Source: Parvularculaceae bacterium (GTDB lineage Bacteria; Pseudomonadota; Alphaproteobacteria; Caulobacterales; Parvularculaceae). From it: DNA of 64,000 nt. This document shows positions 46,984-56,225 of this stretch, piece by piece (position 1 is the first letter of the stretch; each line of letters opens with the position of its first letter). The DNA is taken from assembly GCA_013389105.1 (NCBI GenBank), contig JACADZ010000029.1, forward strand, positions 5,924 to 69,923, given 5' to 3'. A model generated the notes under the pieces. It was not told where the DNA came from. It saw nothing but the letters and a program-made list of their open reading frames with translations, and made no database searches. Made by a program: the position numbers and the translations under genes.

Positions 46984-48357
46984 TCAGTAGGAGATTTCCG
47001 CGAGCAATCGCGCGCGGTCGCCGCCGAGCTCGTGGAGGAAGCGCCGCGCCGTGATCTCGCCGAGCGTCTCCCCACGCTCGGCGATCGCCTGCAACGGGTC
47101 GAGAAAGCCCGACTCGTCCGGCTTGCACTCGCCGGTGAGGCGCCGGCGCCTGAGCCCTGCCCGCGATATTTCAAGGGCGTCGAGCGCTAAGTCCTTCAGC
47201 GAGCGGCCGGCGATCTCGGCCTTGAGCCCGAAATGGGCCGCGTCGACGCGCAGGCGCTCGCGGTCCTCGCGCGTCCAGCCCTTGGCGAGATCCCAAGCGG
47301 CGGCGAGCGAGTCATCGTCGTAAAGGATCCCGACCCAGAAGGCCGGTAGCGCGCAGATGCGCGACCACGGGCCGCCGTCGGCGCCGCGCATTTCGAGGAA
47401 ACGCTTGAGGCGCACTTCAGGAAAGGCGGTCGAAAGGTGATCCTCGAAATCGTAGATGTTCGGCCGCTCGCCGGGCGCTGCGGGGAGCCGGCCCTTGAGG
47501 AAGTCGCGGAACGACTGCCCGGCGGCGTCGATGTAACGCCCGCCGCGCCGCAGGAAATACATCGGCACGTCGAGAATATAGTCCGTATACCGCTCGAACC
47601 CGAACCCGTCCTCGAAGACGAAATCGAGGAGACCCGTTCGGTCCTTGTCGGTGTCGGTCCAGATATGGGCGCGCCACGAGGCCCAGCCCGACGGCGCGCC
47701 CTCGACCAAAGCCGAATTGGCGAAGAGCGCGGTCGCGACCGGCTGCAGGGCGAGCGAAGTCCTGAATTTCAGGACCATGTCCTTTTCGTCGGCGAAGTCG
47801 AGATTGACCTGGACGGTGCAAGTCCTGTGCATCATGTCGAGGCCGAGGCTGCCGACTTTCGGCATGTAGTTGCGCATGATGGCGTAGCGGGGCTTGGGCA
47901 TTTTCGGCATGTCGGCGCGCGTCCAGAACGGCGCGAAGCCGGCGCCGAACAAGGCGACGCCCATCGGATCGGCGACGTCCTTCACCGCCTGAAGGTGCCG
48001 ACCTGTCTCGGCGCAAGTCTCGTGGAGCGAGGAAACCGGCGCCCCTGACAGCTCGAACTGGCCGCCGGGCTCGAGGCTCACTGCCGCGCCCTCGCCCTTC
48101 AGCCCGATGACGTTTCCCTCCTCGATGATTTCGCTCCAGCCCGTGCGCCGCCCGAGCGCCTTGAGGATGGCGCCGATCCCGGTCTCGCCCTCATAAGGCT
48201 GGGGTTTAAGGCTCTTGCGGCAATAGACGAACTTTTCGTGCTCGGTGCCGATGCGCCATTCGCCCTTCGGCTTGCAGCCGCCGGCGAGATACGCCGTGAG
48301 CTGATCGATGTCCTCGATCGGCGGCGCCTTTGGATCCTGCGGCCTTGCGGTGCTCAA
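46984..48357 (-). CDS. gshA: glutamate--cysteine ligase (plant/alphaproteobacterial GCS2 type)
   Basis: 457 aa. GCKPKGEWRIGTEHEKF, LEPGGQFELSGAP, MHRTCTVQVNLDF motifs. Confidence 0.9.
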   Translation of the reverse strand: MSTARPQDPKAPPIEDIDQLTAYLAGGCKPKGEWRIGTEHEKFVYCRKSLKPQPYEGETGIGAILKALGRRTGWSEIIEEGNVIGLKGEGAAVSLEPGGQFELSGAPVSSLHETCAETGRHLQAVKDVADPMGVALFGAGFAPFWTRADMPKMPKPRYAIMRNYMPKVGSLGLDMMHRTCTVQVNLDFADEKDMVLKFRTSLALQPVATALFANSALVEGAPSGWASWRAHIWTDTDKDRTGLLDFVFEDGFGFERYTDYILDVPMYFLRRGGRYIDAAGQSFRDFLKGRLPAAPGERPNIYDFEDHLSTAFPEVRLKRFLEMRGADGGPWSRICALPAFWVGILYDDDSLAAAWDLAKGWTREDRERLRVDAAHFGLKAEIAGRSLKDLALDALEISRAGLRRRRLTGECKPDESGFLDPLQAIAERGETLGEITARRFLHELGGDRARLLAEISY

Positions 48358-48453
48358 GCGATGTCCTTTGCGGCGCCTTTGTGTCCGCGCGCCGTCGCCG
48401 GCGCAACCCTTTTCGCCACAAGAGCGCCGCTTTGGCTCACGCGAATGTGAGCG

Positions 48454-49209
48454 TCAGCGCCAGTCGCCGAGCGCGGCCTGCACGAGCGCAAGCGCAGCGA
48501 TGGCAGCCGTATCGGCGCGCAGGATGCGCGGACCGAGGCTGACAGGACAGACGAACGGCAGCGCGCGCAGGCGGGCCCGCTCGGCGGGAGAGAAGCCGCC
48601 CTCAGGTCCGATCAGCACTGCATGCGGCGGCTTGAGCGATCGAATCGCCGAGAGCAGCGGCGGCGCGCGGCCCGTGTCGCCGCCCCAGTCCGCCAGGGCG
48701 TCATCGCCCTGCTCGTCGCAATAGATGAGACGTCTTGGCGGCGGCCAGTTCTCGAGCGCGCGCGCCAAGGGGACAAGTTCGTCAACTTTCGGCGCCGAAA
48801 GGCGCCCCGACTGTTCGGCTGCTTCGGTCGCAATCGCGCCGAGGCGATCGATATTGAGGCGGTGGGCCTGCGTGCGTTCGGTTTCGATCGGCATGAGCCG
48901 CGCGACACCGAGTTCGGTCGCCTTTTCGACAATGCGATCGACGGCGTCACGCTTGACAGGCGCGAATAACAGCCAAAGATCGCTTTCCGGCGCCGGCGGA
49001 CGAAGGCGCGCGCCGAGAAGGATCTCGACGGCCTTCCGGTCGGCGCGCGAGACGACGGCGGCGAACTCGCCGTCGCGCGCGTTGAACATCTTCAGGTCGT
49101 CGCCGACGACGCGGCGCAGTACGTTCCGAACGTAATGCGCCTGTCCCTCCCCGAGCGACAGGTTCGCGCCCTCCTCAAGCGGCGCATCAAGGTGAAGGCG
49201 CGGGGTCAT
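48454..49209 (-). CDS. rsmE: 16S rRNA (uracil1498-N3)-methyltransferase
   Basis: MTPRLHLDAPL...HYVRNVLR, C-terminal IGPEGGFSPAE...LGPRILRADTAA. Confidence 0.85.
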   Translation of the reverse strand: MTPRLHLDAPLEEGANLSLGEGQAHYVRNVLRRVVGDDLKMFNARDGEFAAVVSRADRKAVEILLGARLRPPAPESDLWLLFAPVKRDAVDRIVEKATELGVARLMPIETERTQAHRLNIDRLGAIATEAAEQSGRLSAPKVDELVPLARALENWPPPRRLIYCDEQGDDALADWGGDTGRAPPLLSAIRSLKPPHAVLIGPEGGFSPAERARLRALPFVCPVSLGPRILRADTAAIAALALVQAALGDWR

Positions 49210-49315
49210 GCGGGGTTCTATCGGAGATGCGGGGACACCGCGCAACCGCCAGCGACGCCGCGCCGCGGCGATCGCGGCGGTGACGCCCCCAGCCAGTCCG
49301 CACTACAATTGGGCC

Positions 49316-50251
49316 ATGAGCCATGCGCCAACCGCCGCGCCCGCCGACGCCGAGGCCGGCAACTGGGTCGACCGCTTCGCGCCGCCGCGCGCGCGGCCCT
49401 TCCTGCGCCTCATGCGCGCCGATCGCCCCATCGGAACCTGGCTCCTTCTGCTGCCTTGCTGGCAGGGCCTTGCTCTTGCGTTCGGGCGCGGCGAGGGCGA
49501 CTGGCGGAGCGCGCTCTGGTTGGCGCTTCTGTGCGCGGTCGGCGCCGTCGTCATGCGCGGCGCGGGCTGCGCCTACAACGACATCGTCGACAAGGACTTC
49601 GACGCGAAGGTGGCGCGCACGGCGCTCCGCCCCATTCCGAGCGGGCAGATCACGCTGAAGGCGGCGTGGGGCTTCCTCGTCGCCCTGACGCTAGTCGGGT
49701 TTGTCGTTCTCCTGCAATTCAATTCGTATACGGTCGTTCTAGGCGTGGCGTCGCTGGCCCTCGTCGCCGCCTATCCGTTTATGAAACGGATCACCTGGTG
49801 GCCGCAGGCTTTTCTCGGCCTCGCCTTCAACTGGGGCGCCCTCGTCGGCTATGCGGCCCTGGCCGGGCGGGTCGATCCCGCCGCGTTCGCGCTCTATGCG
49901 TCGGGCGTTTTCTGGACGCTCGGCTACGACACCATCTACGCGCACCAGGACAAGGAGGACGACGCGCTGATCGGCGTAAAATCGTCCGCCCGGCGCCTCG
50001 GCGCATCCACAAAGTCCGCTCTATATGTTTTCTACGGCGCGACCGTGGCGTTCCTTGCGCTCGCCGGCGCGCTGGCGAATTTCCATGCCGGCTATTTTGC
50101 GTCGCTCGCCCTCCCCGCCGCTCACTTTTTCGTGCAGGTCCGGCGGGTGGACACCGACGACTCCGCCTCCTGCCTTAAGGTATTCAAATCGAATCGTGAT
50201 GCAGGCTTTCTCGCGCTCGCGGCCTTGTTATTGGGGGCCGCCTTGGCATGA
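49316..50251 (+). CDS. ubiA: 4-hydroxybenzoate polyprenyltransferase
   Basis: LMRADRPIGTWLLLLPCW, NDIVDKDFD (NDxxDxxxD), YAHQDKEDD second Asp-rich motif. ATG at 49316 removes the Arg-rich leader. Confidence 0.9.
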   Translation: MSHAPTAAPADAEAGNWVDRFAPPRARPFLRLMRADRPIGTWLLLLPCWQGLALAFGRGEGDWRSALWLALLCAVGAVVMRGAGCAYNDIVDKDFDAKVARTALRPIPSGQITLKAAWGFLVALTLVGFVVLLQFNSYTVVLGVASLALVAAYPFMKRITWWPQAFLGLAFNWGALVGYAALAGRVDPAAFALYASGVFWTLGYDTIYAHQDKEDDALIGVKSSARRLGASTKSALYVFYGATVAFLALAGALANFHAGYFASLALPAAHFFVQVRRVDTDDSASCLKVFKSNRDAGFLALAALLLGAALA

Positions 50252-50288
50252 TCGTATGTGACATGGCCTCAGAGCGGAGTGCGACGCC

Positions 50289-50801
50289 ATGAAACGGCGG
50301 TTATTCCTCGGAGGCGCCCTTGCGGGCCTTGCCGGCGCGACCGGGTTCGCCGTCGCGAAAGACGCCAAGGGAGACAATATGTCGAAGCCCGACGCCTCGA
50401 AGATTCCTGATTACGACAGGTGGCGGCTTTCGGAGAAAGAATGGAAGGAGCGCCTCTCGCCGGAGGCCTTCGCGGTGTTGCGCCGCGAGGCGACGGAGCG
50501 CCCCTGGACCAGCCCCCTCAACGAGGAAAAGCGCAGCGGAATCTACGCCTGCGCCGGCTGCGGCTATCACCTGTTCAGATCCGAACACAAGTTCGACTCA
50601 GGGACGGGGTGGCCGTCCTTCTTCGACACGATCCCCGGCGCCCTCGGAAAAAAGACGGACTTCAAGCTCGTCCTGCCGCGAACGGAGTACCACTGCGCGC
50701 GCTGCGACGGCCATCAGGGCCATGTCTTCAATGACGGACCTTCGCCGACGGGCCTGCGCTACTGCAATAACGGCGTCGCGCTCGCTTTCCTACCGGCCTG
50801 A
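50289..50801 (+). CDS. msrB: peptide-methionine (R)-S-oxide reductase MsrB with twin-arginine signal peptide
   Basis: MKRRLFLGGALAGLAGATGFAVA (RRxFL). Zn-binding CAGC and CARC, GHQGHVF, catalytic RYCNNG. Confidence 0.9.
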   Translation: MKRRLFLGGALAGLAGATGFAVAKDAKGDNMSKPDASKIPDYDRWRLSEKEWKERLSPEAFAVLRREATERPWTSPLNEEKRSGIYACAGCGYHLFRSEHKFDSGTGWPSFFDTIPGALGKKTDFKLVLPRTEYHCARCDGHQGHVFNDGPSPTGLRYCNNGVALAFLPA

Positions 50802-50817
50802 TTTCAAAGCAAAATGA

Positions 50818-50841
50818 AACGGCCCCGCGCGCGGGGCCGTT
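50818..50841. terminator. perfect 24-nt palindrome between convergent genes; candidate bidirectional terminator
   Basis: AACGGCCCCGCG|CGCGGGGCCGTT. A-rich on the left and therefore T-rich on the minus strand (TCATTTTGCTTTG) after the hairpin. Confidence 0.5.
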
Positions 50842-50861
50842 GAATGAGAGCAAGAGGCCGC

Positions 50862-51545
50862 TTAGCGCGCGGACTTGCGCCGCGACGCAAAGCCGAGGCC
50901 GGCAAGGCCCGCAAGAAGCAGCGGCAGCGCGGCGGGCGCTGGGATGGGCGGGGCGTCTTCGATGGCAAGCTTGGCGATGGCGAAGCCGGCGCCGGCCGTG
51001 GTCGCGACAAAACGGAACGACGTGCCGAAGAACGGACCGGTCAAGAGGTCGGTCGCCTCCAGATTCCCAAAGAAGACGTTGTCGATGAAGAAATCGAAAA
51101 AGCCGCAAGGACCTTCGGAGCCTGGCGTCGAACAGTTCGTGTCGTTCCCGGCGTTGAACTCGATGCTCGTCAGCTGAACGGCATCGGTGAAGGTCAGAGT
51201 GATGTACTCGCCGAGCTGCGTCTGGTCGTTGATGTTGTCGTTCTCGGACAGGGCGCCGAGACCCGAGTCGTTCGGCGTGATGTCCTGGATGAGCTGAGTG
51301 GGGGCGCCGCCGGTCGTGTAGGCGACCGCCGTCAGGCCTAGGCCGCCCTTGGAGTAGGTGAGCCCCAGCGCGTCATTGGCGGAGCAGAAATCGAAACCGA
51401 CCGAGCCGCAATCGAGGGCGATGTTGCCGGTTGGCGTGTCATAGGCGCCGTTATTACCCTCAAAGATAAAAACGGTCGCAGAGGCGCTTGTCGGAGCGGA
51501 CAAAACGGCCAGCGAGGCCGCGAGCACGGCGAGCAAACTCTTCAT
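50862..51545 (-). CDS. secreted protein with VPLPA-like PEP-CTERM-type sorting signal
   Basis: Signal peptide MKSLLAVLAASLAVLSAPTSASA. C-terminus ...APPIPAPAALPLLLAGLAGLGFASRRKSAR. Confidence 0.7.
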   Translation of the reverse strand: MKSLLAVLAASLAVLSAPTSASATVFIFEGNNGAYDTPTGNIALDCGSVGFDFCSANDALGLTYSKGGLGLTAVAYTTGGAPTQLIQDITPNDSGLGALSENDNINDQTQLGEYITLTFTDAVQLTSIEFNAGNDTNCSTPGSEGPCGFFDFFIDNVFFGNLEATDLLTGPFFGTSFRFVATTAGAGFAIAKLAIEDAPPIPAPAALPLLLAGLAGLGFASRRKSAR

Positions 51546-51778
51546 ACCAAACCCCCAATACTAACTGGGCACACCTATGCCCGCGCACCCCGTCGTCGCG
51601 GAGCCGGCGGGTCCTGTCAACCGCCATTCGGTCCAGAAGCATGATTTTCCTGAAATGATTGACCGGCGCGCACCTCGCTTGTCGAGCTTCGACAATGCAC
51701 CGGCCGACAAATTCCCTTGTAGATGGATGTGGGACGGCGACGCAGCTATCCTGACGTGCAAACACGGATGCAAGCTGT

Positions 51779-52099
51779 ATGACCGAAGAGGGGCCAGGGC
51801 TCGAACCGGGCGACGGGAAGAAGAAGCCGCAGCGGTTGCTTTTTCAGGGGAATGCCTGGCGCACGGCGATCAAGCTCGCGATCGCCAGCATCGTCGTCGG
51901 CGGCGTTCTTGCGTTTCTCGGCGTCTCGCCCGTCGGTTTCTGGCGCAGCGTCTTCGAGGGCATCAAGGGCCTGCTGTCGTTCATCGGCGATTCCGCGTTC
52001 GAGATCGTCGTGAACCTGGCGACCTATCTCTTCTTCGGCGCGCTGATCGTGGTGCCGGTGTGGCTCGTGATGCGCCTGTTGGCGGATCGCCGGCGCTGA
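51779..52099 (+). CDS. small membrane protein (106 aa), function unknown
   Basis: Three hydrophobic segments (IKLAIASIVVGGVLAFLGV, ..., LFFGALIVVPVWLVMRLL) and good GC3 codon pattern. Confidence 0.5.
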   Translation: MTEEGPGLEPGDGKKKPQRLLFQGNAWRTAIKLAIASIVVGGVLAFLGVSPVGFWRSVFEGIKGLLSFIGDSAFEIVVNLATYLFFGALIVVPVWLVMRLLADRRR

Positions 52100-52102
52100 C
52101 GC

Positions 52103-52552
52103 TCAGAGGCCGCCGTCGCCGACCGGGTTCTCAATGATGCGGATGCGCTGGATTTCGGCGCCTCGGGCCAGGTCATAGACAACGAGCGCGCCGCCCGACG
52201 GCCCCTTGACCCGCAGCACCAGCCGGTCGCCGTCGAGGGCCATGGCGGAAATGTCTTCGTCCGCGGAGAGCACCAGGGACGATGACTTGGCGGACGCCGC
52301 GAGCGGCGGCGTCGCCCCGAGGGGTTCAGGCTGGACCAGCACGTCTTCCGCCGCGACGGAGCGGACCACGCTTGACGCGGGCTCGTCCTTCGTCGCGCCA
52401 GGCTTGCCGAGGAGTGCGAGGCTCGCCGCGACCACCGCAATGAAGGCCAGCGGCATCGTGATGATGACGATTATGAGATTGCGTGCGCCGATCGCGGCGG
52501 CGAGGCCGCTGAAGCCATCCCGGGGCGTCGATTCGGTTTCAGGCGCGTCCAT
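52103..52552 (-). CDS. hypothetical membrane-anchored periplasmic protein
   Basis: ATG at 52552 (MDAPETES...) followed by TM NLIIVIITMPLAFIAVVAASLALL and a ~100-aa domain. The longer track ORF would overlap rluD. Confidence 0.45.
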   Translation of the reverse strand: MDAPETESTPRDGFSGLAAAIGARNLIIVIITMPLAFIAVVAASLALLGKPGATKDEPASSVVRSVAAEDVLVQPEPLGATPPLAASAKSSSLVLSADEDISAMALDGDRLVLRVKGPSGGALVVYDLARGAEIQRIRIIENPVGDGGL

Positions 52553-52592
52553 GGTTTGACTCAACCGGCCTTCCTCATGCATCCGCAGGCTT

Positions 52593-53639
52593 ATGGCCGC
52601 CGCATCCGACGATCTCAAGCCGCCGTCGCCGCTGGCGGTCCTTCGCTTCGCGGTCTCGCGTGAACATGCCGGACAAAGGCTTGATAAATGGTTGTCAACT
52701 ATGGCGGCGGGGCTGACCCGGACGCGCCTTAAGGGGCTCATCGAGGCGGGCGCGCTCACCAAGGACGGCGCGCCGGTTGCGGACGCCGGCCTTCGACTTC
52801 GCGGCGGGGAGGTTTTCACCCTCGACCTGCCGCCGGCGACGGCCCCCGGGCCGGAGGCTGAGGCCATTCCGCTTGAGGTCGCCTACGAGGATGCGGACCT
52901 CATCGTCGTCAACAAGCCGGCCGGCATGGTGGTGCACCCCGCAGCCGGCAACCACCACGGGACCCTCGTCAACGCACTCATCGCTCATTGCGGGGCGAGC
53001 CTTTCTGGAATCGGCGGCATTGCGCGGCCCGGCATTGTGCACCGGCTCGACAAGGATACCTCCGGCCTCATCGTCGCCGCCAAGAACGACACGGCTCACG
53101 GCCGCCTCGCCGCGCTTTTCGCCGAGCACGATATCGAGCGCGCCTATCTCGCGATCGTCGCCGGCGCGCCCCGACCACATGCCGGGACGATCGATGCGCG
53201 GATCGGCCGCGCCCGCGACCGGCGCAAAATGGCGGTCTATGATGACCCTGCACGGGGCGACGCGCGCCGCGCCGTCACCCACTACAAGGTCGCAGAGGCC
53301 TTCGGCCGCAGGCGCGCCAAGCTCGCCGGCGACGCCGTCGCCTCGCTGGTCGAATGCCGCCTCGAGACCGGCCGCACGCACCAGATCCGCGCGCATCTCG
53401 CGCATATCGGCCATCCCGTGCTCGGCGATCCGGTCTATGGCCGGCCGGGCCTGTCTGGGTTGCGGCCGGGCGACGACGACGCCGACGCCGCGCTCGGCGC
53501 GCTTGCACGTTTCAAGCGCCAGGCCCTGCATGCGGCAGTCCTCGGTTTCGTCCACCCGACGAGCGGCGCACCCCTCCGGTTCGAAGCTCCGCCGCCCGCC
53601 GACTTCGCTGAATTGCTCCGTCTGCTGAGAACGCTTTGA
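52593..53639 (+). CDS. rluD: 23S rRNA pseudouridine synthase, RluA family (RluD-like)
   Basis: N-terminal S4 domain (GQRLDKWL), VNKPAGMVVHP, HRLDKDTSGLIV catalytic Asp motif, TGRTHQIRAHL. Confidence 0.9.
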   Translation: MAAASDDLKPPSPLAVLRFAVSREHAGQRLDKWLSTMAAGLTRTRLKGLIEAGALTKDGAPVADAGLRLRGGEVFTLDLPPATAPGPEAEAIPLEVAYEDADLIVVNKPAGMVVHPAAGNHHGTLVNALIAHCGASLSGIGGIARPGIVHRLDKDTSGLIVAAKNDTAHGRLAALFAEHDIERAYLAIVAGAPRPHAGTIDARIGRARDRRKMAVYDDPARGDARRAVTHYKVAEAFGRRRAKLAGDAVASLVECRLETGRTHQIRAHLAHIGHPVLGDPVYGRPGLSGLRPGDDDADAALGALARFKRQALHAAVLGFVHPTSGAPLRFEAPPPADFAELLRLLRTL

Positions 53640-53880
53640 CAGGCGTCGGCCGCCGACTGGCGCAAGGGCGAAGGCCCCCTTGGGAAGGCGCCGGCCCGGG
53701 CCCAGCCGAGCCGCCGCGGCGGCTGGCGCAGGCGGCCTCCCGCAATTGTGACCGAATCGCCGCAACTGGACGACGGCTCACGATCGTACATTTTTTGTAA
53801 TTCTTCCGGTCCTTCCCATATCGCCAGATTGGCCGGACAGACGCTTCACCAGCCGACAGGGGAAGTCTAGAACACATTCT

Positions 53881-54798
53881 ATGAGCAAAGCCCTCGCCAC
53901 AGCGCCTGCCCTGACGCCGGAAGGAAGCCTCTCCCGTTACCTCGCCGAGATTCGGAAATTTCCGATGCTCGATAAGGACGAGGAGTACATGCTCGCCAAG
54001 CGCTTCGCCGAGCATCAGGATCCCGACGCGGCCCAGCGGCTCATCACGAGCCACCTGCGTCTCGTCGCCAAGATCGCCATGGGCTATCGCGGCTACGGCC
54101 TTCCCATTGGCGAAGTCATCTCCGAGGGCAATGTCGGCTTGATGCAGGCGGTCAAGCGCTTCGATCCTGACAAGGGCTTCCGACTCGCGACCTACGCTAT
54201 GTGGTGGATCCGCGCCGCGATCCAGGAATACATCCTGCGCTCGTGGAGCCTCGTCAAAATCGGCACCACCGCCGCGCAGAAGAAGCTGTTCTTCAATCTG
54301 CGCAAGATGAAGAGCAAGATCGACGCGATCGAGGACGGCGACCTGAAGCCTGAACAGGTCGAGCACATCGCCAAGAAGCTCGGCGTCACCCAGGACGACG
54401 TCGTTTCCATGAACCGGCGGCTCTCCGGTCAGGAGACGTCCCTCAATGCTCCCATGCGCAATGACGGCGACGGCGGCGAGTGGCAGGACTGGCTGGTCGA
54501 CGAGAACGCCGTGAACGCCGAATCCAAGCTCGCGAATGAGGACGAATACGAGCTGCGGATGAACCTCCTGCAACAGGCGCTCGCGACGCTGAATGAGCGC
54601 GAGCAGCACATCATCACCGAGCGGCGCCTTAAGGACAACCCGGCGACGCTCGAGGAGCTCAGTCAGGAATACGGCGTCAGCCGCGAGCGCGTGCGCCAGA
54701 TCGAGGTCCGGGCTTTCGAGAAGCTCCAGAAGGCGATGAAGCGCATGGAGCGCGACGCCAAGACCCGCAAGGAAGACGCCGAGACCGTCGACGCCTGA
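53881..54798 (+). CDS. rpoH: RNA polymerase sigma-32 (heat-shock) factor
   Basis: RpoH box AAQKKLFFNLRKMK. Regions 2 and 4 (YGVSRERVRQIEVRAFEKL). Conserved rluD-rpoH neighbourhood. Confidence 0.95.
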   Translation: MSKALATAPALTPEGSLSRYLAEIRKFPMLDKDEEYMLAKRFAEHQDPDAAQRLITSHLRLVAKIAMGYRGYGLPIGEVISEGNVGLMQAVKRFDPDKGFRLATYAMWWIRAAIQEYILRSWSLVKIGTTAAQKKLFFNLRKMKSKIDAIEDGDLKPEQVEHIAKKLGVTQDDVVSMNRRLSGQETSLNAPMRNDGDGGEWQDWLVDENAVNAESKLANEDEYELRMNLLQQALATLNEREQHIITERRLKDNPATLEELSQEYGVSRERVRQIEVRAFEKLQKAMKRMERDAKTRKEDAETVDA

Positions 54799-54807
54799 GG
54801 AGAGAGC

Positions 54808-56175
54808 CTACTTTCCGGCCTTCTCCTTGGCTTCTGCGGCGCCGACTAGGGCCTCGCACGTCGCCTTCTTGTCGGCGAGCTCTTGCTGCATGCCCTTGGT
54901 CGAGTTCGTTTTCGAGTAGCTTTCCATCTGCTTCAGGATGGCCTTGGCTTCGGCGTCGCTGCCCGCGAGTCCCTGGTTTTTCAGGTATTGCATGGTCTTC
55001 TCCGGGCTCTTGGTTTCGCCGGCCTTCGGCGCGAGGTTGAGTTGGCCCGTATATTTGACGCCGCTCCATAATCCGATGGCGGTGCGAATGGCGCCGAGCA
55101 CCTGCTCGGCGGCGCCGGCATAGGCATCTATGGCCTCGCCGACCGGTCCGAGAAACTCGACGCCGGGCGGAATCTTGCCGAAGAGATCGTTTGCTGCATC
55201 GACGGCTTTCGCCCAGTCCGAGAGGTCGCCGTCATAGGTGTTGAGGTCCTCGCCCGTATTGGGATCCTTATTGAGGGCCCCCAGCGACGCAAGCGCCTGC
55301 ATGGCCTTAGCCTGCGCGTTGACGAGCTCGCCGAGCTCCTTGATGCAGTCATTGGCCGACTTGCGGGCCTTTTCGATGTCCTCCGTGCTCGGAGGACTGA
55401 CGACGGGAATCGCGGCTTTCGCCTCCTTGGCGGCGTCTTCGGCGTTCCGGCGGGCCATTTCGACCTCCTGCTCGATTTTGAGGCATTCCTTCTCCTTCTG
55501 CGCTGCAGCCGCGGCGGCGACGGCGGACTGCGCCGCGGCTCTCTTGGCGGCCTTGCGCTTGCGCGCGGCGTCCTTGTCCATGTCGTCGAGCTCTTTGGCC
55601 GTATGCAGCGGCCTAGCGGCGTCGCCGACGCGCTTCTTTGCGGCGTCCAGCGCCGCCCTGGCCTTCTCCAAATTGGCGCGCGCCTCCTGTCGTTCGGCGG
55701 TCGTGCCGCTGCGATTGGCTTCCTTCAGGGCTTTCTCGGCGTCGGCGGCCGCCGCCTGGGCGTCGATAGATTCTTTGTTGGCGCGTTTTAGCTCTTCCTG
55801 ACGCGCGGCCTCCTGCGCCCGCACATTGCGCGCATCCTGCGCGGCGGTGTCGGCGGCGGCCGCCGCCCTATCGGCGTCGGCCTGCGCCTGCGCCGCGGTC
55901 GCTCGCAGCTTCAAGAGCTCCTCGTCGCATGGCTTTTTCTTCTTCACCTTGTCCTGCCAGTCGTCGTAGGCGGCCTTCGCCTTGCGCCGGAGCGGCTTTG
56001 GAATCCGATCGTCGGCATCATCGATCTGCGGCGGCGCCTGAGATTGAGTTCCGCCTGCCCCGCCCGGAGAGCCTCCGCCGCCGACTCCGTTTCCCTGAAC
56101 GCCCTGCTGCAGCCCCTGCTGCGGCTGACCGCCGCCGGACGCGGCATCACCCACCACATTCACGTTGAAGCGCAA
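54808..56175 (-). CDS. Gly/Gln-rich + Ala/Lys coiled-coil protein with C-terminal globular domain; possibly the 3' part of a split gene
   Basis: 455-aa ORF with host-like codon usage, TTG start with poor SD, no signal peptide. Its frame stays open upstream across the stop of the 56226-56555 ORF. Confidence 0.55.
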   Translation of the reverse strand: MRFNVNVVGDAASGGGQPQQGLQQGVQGNGVGGGGSPGGAGGTQSQAPPQIDDADDRIPKPLRRKAKAAYDDWQDKVKKKKPCDEELLKLRATAAQAQADADRAAAAADTAAQDARNVRAQEAARQEELKRANKESIDAQAAAADAEKALKEANRSGTTAERQEARANLEKARAALDAAKKRVGDAARPLHTAKELDDMDKDAARKRKAAKRAAAQSAVAAAAAAQKEKECLKIEQEVEMARRNAEDAAKEAKAAIPVVSPPSTEDIEKARKSANDCIKELGELVNAQAKAMQALASLGALNKDPNTGEDLNTYDGDLSDWAKAVDAANDLFGKIPPGVEFLGPVGEAIDAYAGAAEQVLGAIRTAIGLWSGVKYTGQLNLAPKAGETKSPEKTMQYLKNQGLAGSDAEAKAILKQMESYSKTNSTKGMQQELADKKATCEALVGAAEAKEKAGK

Positions 56176-56225
56176 CGTCTCGCGGTTGATCTTGCAGTTC
56201 TTGAAGATGAGAAACCGGCAGTTTC

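Noticed and set aside
53795-53823. Sigma-70-like promoter TTGTAA-N17-ATATCG upstream of rpoH
   Set aside because: The spacing fits but the -10 match is poor. Without transcript data this is not supportable as a feature.
52695-54609. Minus-strand ORFs 52695-53765 (356 aa) and 53512-54609 (365 aa)
   Set aside because: Antisense to rluD and rpoH, which both have unambiguous signatures.
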